A stretch of DNA of 62,229 nt, counting the filler, from Fonticula-like sp. SCN 57-25 (taxonomy: Eukaryota): the NCBI GenBank assembly GCA_001724245.1. It is 3 parts of 3 records of this genome, joined end to end, with 100 filler letters (N's around TTAATTAATTAA, not from the genome) between each part and the next. Parts side by side here need not be neighbours in the genome. Positions count along the whole stretch, not along the records: positions 41,984 to 62,229 come from MEDX01000093.1; 2 more parts are not named here. One strand, given 5' to 3'. Below the pieces are notes generated by a model. That model searched no databases, was not told where the DNA came from, and saw only the letters and a program-made list of their open reading frames with translations. The translations under genes and the position numbers were made by a program. Positions 52,414-62,229 of this stretch are shown one piece after another; the stretch's first letter is position 1; each line of letters opens with the position of its first letter.

Positions 52414-53912
52414 ATGTCGTCCGTGCTTGATCCGATCCTCTGCGTGGTGCTGGTGCCCGCGTCGATGCTGACGGGCTTTTCCGCGGCATCGATGTCGTTC
52501 ACCGCATGGTGCGCCCTCTTGATCGATCGTCTCACTTTTCACTGACTTTCCGGCATGTTTTGTCTTGTTTTCCCTCGTGATCCTTTAGGAATCTTGTGTG
52601 TCCTCTCCTGTTCTCTGTCTTTGGTCTCCCCGTCTTTCAGGCTCTCTTTGTGAGCGTGATGCTCGACGTCACGAACGGCCTCACTCTGACGATCATCTAC
52701 GGCCTTCACGGCAAGGTTGACTTCCGCTATGGCGTGACCTTTGGCGTCGTCGCGCTAGCGTGGGCTGTGCTGCTCTCGATCGTGCTCAGCGACTGGATCG
52801 AGGTCAATGAAGATAAGCTCAAAAAGGCCGTCTCGTTTGTGCCGCTGCTCATCGCGCTCCAGTTCCTGATCCGCGGCCTGCTCGCGTGGCGTCGCAAGCG
52901 CCGTGAGACCGCCGAGGCCGAGGCCGCAGCTGCCGCCGCAGAAGCCGATGCCGCCGCCAATGGCACCGCCGATCCCGAAGCCGAAGCCGACGCCGAGGCC
53001 GCCGCCGCCGCCGCCGAGACCCCCGAGACCCCCCTTACTGCGACCTCGTCGCACCCGCCCGCCCCCCGATCCCGCGCGGGCTCCCTGACGACGCCGCGGT
53101 CGCGCGCGGGATCCCTGACGGGCGATCGCCACTTCCCCGTCCTGATCAGCCGCCGCGACTCGATGGTGACGACGCCTATTGAGATTGGCTCGCGCATCGT
53201 CGTCGTTTCCGGCGGCCTCAAGGACGTTGAGCCCGGCACGCACGTCCCCACCGACGAGGAAGCCGCCGCGGCCGAGCTCGAGGGCAACAAGCTCTCGCTC
53301 GCCGTCGCTGGCGGCAGCGCCCACTCGTACAGCAGCATCGGCGGCAACCACGTGGCCCCTGTTTCGTCCCTGAACGGCGAGTCGAGTAAGGACGACATTA
53401 CGGAGACGGCCAAGGCGGCTGGCCTGCGCGTCATTGGCTTCCTGCGCACAAAGTTCCGCCCCGACGAGGACATTATTGCGCAGCAGACGGGCAACCGCGG
53501 GTGGCGCATCGGCGTCACTGTGCTCATCCACAGCATCCTCGGCATTGTTTCCGGCGTTCTCTACGCCGGCGGCGGCATGTTCTTTGCCAACGTCATTGTC
53601 AACTTTTGGACTGCGCGCGTGCGCACCGCCGCCGGCACGGGCTGCTTCATCATGACGGTCGTGATGGCGTCCATGTCGTTCACGTTCATTGGCCGCACCG
53701 ACATGGACAATATTGTCAACCTGTACCACCTGCTGCTGTCGCTGCCGTTTGGCATCATCGGGGCGGTGCTCGGAGCCAAGCTGGCGCTGCGCATCTCGGA
53801 CTTGCTCATGTACTTTGTCATTGTGGGCGTGTCGCTCGTGCTGTTTGCGGTCATTTTGATCAACGGGACGCTCGCGGGTGATGAGACGACGCCGTCGCCT
53901 GCGTGGATCTAG
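52414..53912 (+). CDS. TauE/SafE (DUF81) sulfite-exporter-like membrane protein with a large internal loop, two exons
   Basis: Two hydrophobic halves: PLLFSVFGLPVFQA..HGKVDF and GIVSGVLYAGGGMF..TAAGTG..GAVLGAKLA. Confidence 0.7.
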
Positions 53913-54239
53913 AGCTTTCTTTTTTCATTTTTGTAGTGTCATTTTATATCATTCGGATACCGTGACGGTCAAATATAGATTATGATTGAACAGTGAACAA
54001 AAGATGATGGGCTGATATCGAGAAAGAATACGTTGATACTTGTGGTGACCAACAAAGGTGCATTTGATGGAAATAGGGGCAATACTTTAAAAATGTGCTC
54101 ATATTCTATTCATGGCGATGCGTCTAATGTACACAGAAATACAACATCTTCAATGACGGGAAATGACACTCAATGATAGTCATCAATCTTCATCAATCAT
54201 CATCATCATCTTATCTTTATCTTCATCTTTATCTTCATC

Positions 54240-56626
54240 TTAATCGCTCCACTTGTTGGCCTTTCCACCTCGCCCCACCTTACCCCTTGAAGCCGCCCCT
54301 CCTCTCCCCCCCTTGGCACCAAACCCATGCCGCCCATACCGACTATCACTCTCACTCTCCGAGTCCGACGGCCCATCCACAAACACACCCGCAAACTCAC
54401 GCTGCATCTGCGCGCGCCTCCCACTCATCACACTCGGCCGCCGCGTCAGCTCGTCCCCAGCATCGCTGCTGTCACCATTTTCATCGTCGTCGTCCATCAA
54501 CAGGTTCACGTACGGCTCAAAGCGCGGCTTCTTGCGCGTCGACGCGCCGCCGTCAGAGTCAGAGTCGCGGCGCGCGTGCTTTGGCGGCGGCGGCGGCGGC
54601 GCAGAAAACGACCGCGCAGACTTTGGAAGGAAAACAGACGACGAGTGGCGCGGCAGTGTCGCCACTTCGCGTTGGTGGCGCGACAGTGGCGCGACTTCCT
54701 TGTAGTGGCGCAACGGTGGCGCCACCTCGACCTCGCCGTCGGCGGGCGCGTCGAGGCCGATGCCGAGCGAGGCGATGCGCTCGAGGAGAGCTTCGCGCTT
54801 GGCCTTGGCGGCGGGGTCCCAGCGGAGGATGAGGTTGAGGAGGGAGCGCGGGAGGCCTGCGAAAGAGGCGCGGTTGCGGTAGTGGAGAAGCTCAGAGGTG
54901 AGCACGTTGTAGGCGTGGGCAAAGGCGGCGCGGACGGTGGGGTAGTTGAAGGAGCCTTTAGAAATGTCATTCGCTAAAGGAGGAATTAGTATGAAAAGTA
55001 GCGAGGAGAGTAACGAAAATGATGGTGAAATGAAAGGGAGCATGTCATGAAAAACATCGAAAAGAACCAAAAAACATCAAAAAGCACCATCAAAAGACAT
55101 CATCACCACAATATTGCCATCATTACCATCACAATTACCACAATTTCTTTCGACGTACTGATATTCTGCGGGTCCTGCAATGACAGCGGACTCGGCTTAA
55201 AGTGCTGCCCACCCGGCGAAAACCTCGACGACTACGACCCGTTAGCCATATTTCTTCTTTCCCCTTCCCATTCAGCGCACCCTCCTCATGTACGACCCGC
55301 CCGCCAGCACGCTCACGCCGACATTCGCGTTGCCAAACGACCTCCCGTACAGCTCCAAAAACTCTACCAAAAACACGCCGAGGTTGTCCGACGGGTCCAC
55401 TTCGCCTGTCTGCACGCGCGGGTGCAGCTGCAGAAAGCTAATGATCATGACGGCGAGGCTGTACGACCCGAGCCCGCCGCTAAACACCTCGTTGAGCCCT
55501 CGCTCTAGCAGAAACTGCTTGATGACCATCATGAGCGGGCGCAGGGCGGGAAAGATTTCGATGGCTTCCTTGACGAGCCGCCCAGAATCGACGCCGCTCG
55601 TCACGTTGAAGCTAATGTCGACGTTGAAACCGACGACGGAATCGACCATTTTGATGATTGGGACGCGCGCCTTTTCGATGAGCTCCATCCTGGCGGCGAG
55701 CCCGGCGGCCTCGAGCGCGGTGGCGAGCTTGCGAAGGGGGGAAAGGCCGAGCGAGCCGACGACGACGAGGTCGAGGTCGCTCGAGGGGAGGTACAGCTGC
55801 GTCACAAAGCTGCCGAAGACTACGACGTCGCAGCCAGGCCAGAGGCGGTGCGCGACGGCGCGGACGCACTCGACGACGTGAAGGCGCGTGGCGTGCTCGG
55901 CCTTGTTGGGCGAGTAAAAGTTTACGTAATCAATGATCTCCTCGTGCAGACTAGTGGAGGGTTAGCTGCAGGAGTGAGGCAGAAGTTTAGGGCGTACCGC
56001 TCCGTGAGGACGTCCGAGTAGGTAGCAGACTCTCGGAGCCACGGCGGTGGCATGCGATCCTCGTGCGGCATCAGCGACGGCATCGCGGCAACGGCGGCGA
56101 GGCCGTTCGGGCGGGGGGTGCGCGAGGATGGCGGCTCGGGCGCGCCGAACGAGATATAGTCGAGCATCTCGCCGGGGACGGCGGACGCGGGGGTCGCAGG
56201 TGAGGGCGCGGACAGCGGCGCGGGGGATGCCAGCGGTGCGGGCGCGATGACCGGTGACGCCTTGGCGGCACTCGTGATGGGGAATTCGTCCGCGGAAAGA
56301 CCGAGAGGCGTCACGGTCGGCGTCGACACGGCGCCCATCGGACGCCCGCGGCCGAGCGCAACGGGCGTGCGCACCTTGTCGACCACAAAGAGCATGTCAT
56401 CCTCGACGCCGGTGATGGGCGTCTCGGCAACGACGGCATCGAGCTGGTTGGCCTTGTCCTCCTTGGCCTGCTTCTGGGCAAGCGCGAGCGTGTGCGCGGG
56501 CGTGCGAACATGCACGATATATCTACCTGTAGTGAAACGCGTTAAATGACACCAAAAACACCCAGAATATCCGCTACCTTTTGGATAGCGCTGGCCGCAT
56601 ATGTTGCACTCCATCATGTCCGCCAT
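54240..56626 (-). CDS. TRF4: Non-canonical poly(A) polymerase TRF4/PAPD5, multi-exon
   Basis: LHEEIIDY, VFGSFVTQLYLPSSDLDLV, KARVPIIK, VDISFN, LNEVFSGGLGSY, NDISKGSFN..AFAHAY. Confidence 0.93.
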
Positions 56627-56704
56627 GATGCGCGTCCCGCGATCCGCCCACGTGGTGGAAGTGCTCAGTTTGCAGTTTGCACTCAGTGTTTGACCACGCG
56701 GGGG

Positions 56705-58064
56705 ATGTCGCAGCCCGACGCGTATGACGACGAGGTGAACCCTCTGCCGGACTATGTGGAGCTTGGCTTCATTGACGAGAAGGGCCCTGCTTCAAAGGTG
56801 TCTGCCCTGCAGAGCCGCCTCGGAGGCCGCCCGGCGTGGCTCGTGCCGGAGCATCTCCCGCCGGTGAGCGGCCTGCTCTGTGGCGTGTGCCAGCGCCCCA
56901 TGCCGCTGCTTGTGCAGCTCTACGCGCCGGACGAGCGCTTTGACCGCTCATACCACCGCACAATAATGGTTTTCTGCTGCCGCACGGGGACGTGTCACAA
57001 GAAGCCGACTGAATGGTGCGCAGATCGCGCTTTAGTTTGTTGATCCTCTGCTGATCCCTGCGTGTCTTACAGCATGGCCGTGTGGCGCTGTCAGCTGCCG
57101 CGCGTGAGCCACTACCGCGACGACACGACGCCGCTTCCCGCCGCGTCCCAATTGGCGGGTACGCCTCATTTCTCTTGTTGAGCTATGCGTCTCTAACCCC
57201 TCGTCATCCCACTCAGTCCCCCTGTGCGTTGTGTGCGGGATCGCCGGCCCGCATCGCTGCAGCCGCTGCCAGCGCGCCACGTACTGCTCCCGCGAGCACC
57301 AGACGCTTCACTGGAACATGGTCCACAAGCCCTTTTGCCGCGCCGAAGCGCAGCCCGCGTCCGCCGCCACCGAGGAGCGCGCCCTGACCGACCGCGTGTC
57401 CGCCTCTGTCCTCTTCCCGCCGGCGACGATCAGCACCGAGGAAGAGTGGATCGACGACGAAAAGTATATTCAGGACATTCTCAAGGCGGCCGACGCGCAA
57501 GCGAGCGGCGCCGCTCACTCTGACGACGAAGATGACGACGACATTGACGACGAAGACGACGAAAAGGCCGAGGAAGCGCCTCAGGAGCTCGTCACGCCCG
57601 GCGCCGCCGCCGCCCTCGAGCGCACCGAAGAAGAAGAACGGGTTAAAGAATATCAGCGCTTCGCCGTCGACGCCGAATTTCTAAAGTTCCAGCGGCGGAT
57701 ATCGTTCCACCCGACGCAGGTTCTCCGCTACGCCCGCCTTGAAGGCGACGCCCCCGAGCCTCTCTGGGTCGCGCCGACAGAGCAGCCCGGCCCGCTCGAC
57801 ATCCCGCCGTGCCCGTGCTGCGGCACGCCGCGCTCGTTCGAGTTCCAGCTCATGCCGCAGATGCTGCTGCACATGGACGTGGACGACACGGCGGTCGAGT
57901 CGGTCGATTTCGGGACGCTGCTCGTGTACTCTTGCCCAGAGACGTGCGAGACGCAGACGCCGTACGCAAAGGAGGTGGTGTGGAGGCAAAACTTTAGCAG
58001 GCATGGAATGGCGATGGAGCTCGATGCGCAGCGCGCAAACTATGGCAAGGGAGAGCAGGCGTAG
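56705..58064 (+). CDS. PDCD2: Programmed cell death protein 2 (PDCD2/Tsr4 family) with MYND finger, multi-exon
   Basis: VELGF..SRLGGRPAWL, LLVQLYAP..YHRT, MYND finger CSRCQRATYCSREHQTLHW, PTQVLRY, FEFQLMPQML, DFGTLLVYSC. Confidence 0.95.
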
Positions 58065-58385
58065 TGAAGGTGTAGAATTGTGTATTTTGGCATTGGTTTT
58101 TGGTATGTGAATGTGAACGAGTGCAGTAAACGTGGTACTGGCTCAATAAAGAATTGCTTTAATTAAGGAAATGTTCAAGAAATTGGTCAAGAAATGGCTC
58201 AAATGAAGAGAGGTACATTGGGTTTGGTGCTAGAAAAGGGGCGGCAGAGCGAAAGCAAAGCAAAAGTAAAAAGGGATAACAAGTTTCATATGCAATGAAA
58301 ATATGAAAAAGCAGCGAAAAAGAGACGATAAACAACACGAAATGAACGGCCCTTATTTAATATTTGCTCCGTTTCGATGCTCTGC

Positions 58386-58985
58386 CTATGGGATGGTGTT
58401 GACGCAGTCGCAGCAGTTGTTGGGGTTGGTGCTGTCGGGGTGCGCACAGCGACCACCCTCATAGCCTTGCCCTTGGCACACTTCGTCGCACGTCTTTTGG
58501 AACGGCAAGCAAAACATGCATCCGTCTAAGAGTCGCATTCGTTAATAAAAATAAAATAGATATGTGCATCTGCTGATGATGCTGCAGGCGGTCGTACCCA
58601 TGGCAAAGCAGTTTGTCAGGCATGGCGCGCCATCCACCGCGAAAGGCGCGATAAAGTGCGGCGATCTGCTCGGTGCGTTGGGCGGCGGGCATCCGTACTC
58701 GCACACGGCGTGGGCGCCGTTCCCGTCGACGAAGCCGCGGTCGACGCAGCACATGTCGACCGACGCGATGCTGGTGGTCCAGCCGCCATAGACAAACGGC
58801 GCAGACGAGTTGCCAGTGTCGGCAAAGCAATTGCGGTACGAGTTCAAGTCAACGCTCGGGTTAAGCACGCGGCCGCGGAAGAGGACGCCGTCGCCGATCG
58901 GCCGCGTGTTGCCGATGGTCACCATGCCGAGCGCGCCTACGACGAGGCCGAGAAGCACAGCCACATGCCAATGCTGATGCTTCAT
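58386..58985 (-). CDS. Small secreted cysteine-rich protein with a C-terminal defensin-like motif, two exons
   Basis: Signal peptide. Removing intron 58526-58597 gives ..CLTNCFAMDGCMFCLPFQKTCDEVCQGQGYEGGRCAHPDSTNPNNCCDCVNTIP*. Confidence 0.7.
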
Positions 58986-59887
58986 GCCGACACACTATGA
59001 AGCGACGCAAAAGAGCCGCTGCAAAGGTAGGCGGGCGTGAAGCTAAGCGGGAACGAGCAGTAGTGCGGCTGCTAGGCGATAAAGGAGAAGGCGATGCCGC
59101 CCGCACGGCGATCGCGCGTGGCACCCCTGACGAAGCATGCGTCACACCGCCAAGGAGTTGCAACAAAAGTCAACGCAAAATCAATTTGAAGTTTGCACTC
59201 AGTCTTTTGAACGGCCCTTCATGTTGAGGCACGCAAGGTGTTAGGATTGCGCATTGAAGCAGGTATACTGCTACGATTTTGCGTAGATCAGAGCGGCATC
59301 CCCATGCAACGACGCGACAGTGCCTAGTACAAGCAGCCAATCAGAGAAGGGTGTTGATGTTTTTGGACCAATCACCAATCGATTCGGCTCAATTAATTAG
59401 GATTTTTATTATCACTTTGAGCATTGGCGCGGACAGCAATTAGGCATTTTAAAAGATTTTACGCATATAACTAGTGCTATATGTCCATTTTCTATTTGAA
59501 AAGAGCGAGAGAATGTCCCGAGACGTCTCCAAAAAGGGGGTACAAAAATATGGCGCAATATGGGGCGCTGACATCGAACAATTTGGCATTCCCGCTATGT
59601 CCTAGTGCAGAGGTACTAGATAGTTTGGTTGAAAATGCTAGTCACGGAGGTGGATCGGCCGAAGCTTCAGGAGGATAGCTCTGCGTTCGTGGACAGTGAA
59701 GCCATGGTGCTTATCGTAATCCTTGGGCAAAATAGACTATAGACTATTATGCTACTGTATTTATGGAAAGAGACAAGGAAAGACATCATGTATTACTGTA
59801 CAAAGAAAACTGAAATGCAAAAGTCACATCTTCATAGACAGAGAAACACAGCAAAGTGGCAAGTCTAAAATTATTACAGTACGGATA

Positions 59888-61994
59888 TTAGGCCTGATTG
59901 TCAATGGGAGTCGTTCCACTCCACTTTGACACCCACGTGGCCTTATCACCGTCTGTTTCATTTCGCTTTGCCTTGACGAGGTTGATGAACTTGACTGCAT
60001 CCGATACCTTGAGTGCTCCTTTGGATGCTTCAATGACACGTGGCGGTGAAAGTGAACATAGGGCAGCACCATGCCAGCCAGAAGAGGAAAGACAAGTGAA
60101 AGGAGCACCAAGTGAATCAATCCAGTTTGCAGTTTGCACTTCGTCCCATGATAGAACACTATCAGTGGGCGGGGCAAATGCGCTGTCAGCACTATGCTTG
60201 TAATGTGCAATGTAGCCACGAAGTTGAAGGGCGGCAGCATCATTAAATGACACACCATATTCCATGACGTCACTCACGTGGAGCATCGTCAAGGTTGCGC
60301 CATCAACATCTTTCAATGAAGTTTGCAGTTTGCACATGCCAATGTCACACAGCCATTCCTTAAAGGCCTCACCACGAAGGTCCTCCAATCCGGAAACAGA
60401 AAGACAGTCTGTCAAGCTGTCAAGTGTCTGCGTGCACATATGAATGATGCCGAGCAGTTCATCATGGCGCTCAATCAGTTTAGCAAAATCACGTGACTGT
60501 GCAATATACTCGGCAGTTTGCATATCTTCGAGTGCCTTTTTCTTGCTCGCCACTGCCATGACATTGTTAGTACTTTGGCCACGTGATACACAGTGCGCAC
60601 ATTTGGCCTCGAGGTCGGCGATGGATCGCTTCAGTTCCTGCTCACGTGACATTTGCTGACGTAATCCTTTATCTGCCTTGTCAATTGCTGCTCGAATATC
60701 ATTGGCTTCTGCCTGCGCCTCGGCCAGTCGCTCACGGACGCATTCATGGGCGGGAAGTGTCACTTGAGGGGCAGCAGATGGTGCAATATAAGGATAAGTT
60801 TGCCACATTTCCACTTGACCATGGCCATCATGAAGACCAACAATAATGTTGCCAGACGCAGCGTGATACGACAATGATGACACCTGCATAACAAAATGGG
60901 TGAGAGACGTAAATAGACAAAGTGTGACACACCTCTTCACCACATTGGTAGTTTGCAGTTTGCACTCCATCAGATGTGCGCCAAATGCGGATGGAATTAT
61001 CAAACGACCCAGTGATCACGTGCGACTCGTCACCAAGAAAAGCGCCGCCATAGACATAACTCGTGTGCCCCGTGAGTGTCACGTGAGGAGTAGATGACCA
61101 CGTGGCATCTGATGGAACATTCCAAATGGAAGCAGTCTTGTCATCACTTGTGACCAATAACATGCGGCCAGAGGGACTGAAGTGGATTGAACGAATCTAG
61201 TAACAATAATTAGAAAAAGAATATCGAGACAAGTATCATACACATCCAGAATGATACTTGATATCAGATACATGCGCCCACTTGCCATTGGTCAGTCCAT
61301 AAATGTGCACGTGGCCATCACCACATCCCGCGGCAAGTAGATCCCCATCGGGGGAAAAGGCAACACTCCACACCTGACACTTTCGTGTGAGCAACAGCAA
61401 ATAATCATTCACATACGCACAAAACCAGACAATCCAGTCAATGTTTGAATGACTGAATAGTTGTTCGATGGATCCAAAAGTGTCACTGCTTTATCAACTC
61501 CACCGATGGCAACGATCCCACTGGGACTGAACACGCATCCACACAACTAGACAAGGGATGAGCAAAGAATGAGCAGCAAGCGTGATGGCTACCTCCGTGC
61601 TGATCTTGTACACCGTCGAGTGCGCATTGTTGTTTGTGACTTGGATGACACTGCCATGATTAGTCACGCCGACAAGACGTGTTCCGTCGGGCGACCACGC
61701 TACACCACGCACCTTGACGTGGTGTCAGAAACAAATGTCAAAAGAAGGACAGATAGGCACGTACATAACCATCACACTGCGCAGAATACACTTTCGCCTG
61801 CGTGGCAATATTGGTGATGCAGATTGAGCAGTCATCACTGCCAGTTGCCACTAAAGTGCCATCGGGGGAGATCGCACACCCATACACCTGCAAACACAAG
61901 CAGCATCAGACCGGCAGCACATCAAAAGCAAAGAAAGACGCACACCATTCGTGTGCGGTTCAATATCCGCCTTCTTGACCAGCTGATGCGCCAT
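59888..61994 (-). CDS. WD40-repeat protein with a coiled coil and two C-terminal SAM-like domains, multi-exon
   Basis: GVAWSPDG, SVAFSPDG, TSDDKTASIWN, LTGHTSYV..TGSFDNSIRIW; coiled coil; EWLCDIGM..VDGATL and VLSWDEVQTANWI..HGAAL. Confidence 0.75.
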
Positions 61995-62229
61995 TGCGTC
62001 CACCACTCTTCTCTCTTTCCCTCAACTGATTCCCACTCACGCACGGCAGACACTCTCTCGAGTGCTGCTGCAGAGTCGGCCACGTGGTTGTGTTATTCAG
62101 TCACGTGATCCAACCCATCACGATCAACACCCAAAAAGGCAATTTATCACGGGTAAAATCGCATGTGACATTTTGGCGGGAGCGTTCAAATCGCGCACAA
62201 CGGTCTCGTCTCCCCCTCGGCATCATGGA

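Noticed and set aside
59230-59880. AT-rich intergenic stretch considered as a transposon or Helitron end, or an ncRNA
   Set aside because: I found no terminal inverted repeats, target-site duplication, transposase remnant or recognisable RNA structure. The left part looks like a CCAAT-rich promoter.

Overview
Gene-dense eukaryotic nuclear DNA with GC-rich exons and short AT-rich spliceosomal introns (donor consensus GTACGC/GTGCGC). The window is three pieces joined by two identical 100-bp artificial spacers (44N-TTAATTAATTAA-44N), so adjacency across them is not trustworthy. I can support about 33 protein-coding genes, mostly housekeeping and mostly head-to-head on very short shared promoters: SAC3/GANP, NDUFS2, PEX19, RBM39, a peroxisomal SDR, a 4E-T-like protein, CCDC47, FANCB-like, ADP/ATP carrier, HAP40, TOP6A/SPO11-3, PEX6, MRPL21, BEM1-like, MAK16, GCH1, ATP18-like, DDX52, NCAPH2, ERGIC-53 lectin, GH47 mannosidase, subtilisin, ABCC and ABCB transporters, TauE, TRF4/PAPD5 and PDCD2. 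Fungal-type genes (Bem1, Atp18, fungal/plant-type ANT) co-occur with genes typical fungi lack (HAP40, FANCB, condensin II, topo VI A), which suggests a unicellular opisthokont, possibly an early holomycotan; this is inference. The most interesting signals are: (1) an in-frame spliced fusion of SNAPc subunit SNAPC1 to a DPF-type double PHD finger; (2) a 14-mer, AGTTTGCAGTTTGC, recurring at least 7 times in promoters, an intron and coding DNA in different frames; (3) a plant-type topoisomerase VI A; (4) a secreted defensin-like protein next to a compositionally atypical WD40-coiled-coil-SAM-SAM gene; (5) a gene with an intronless CDS encoding a bacterial-like domain. All family calls come from recognising motifs by eye, not from database searches. 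Exon boundaries were hand-spliced.
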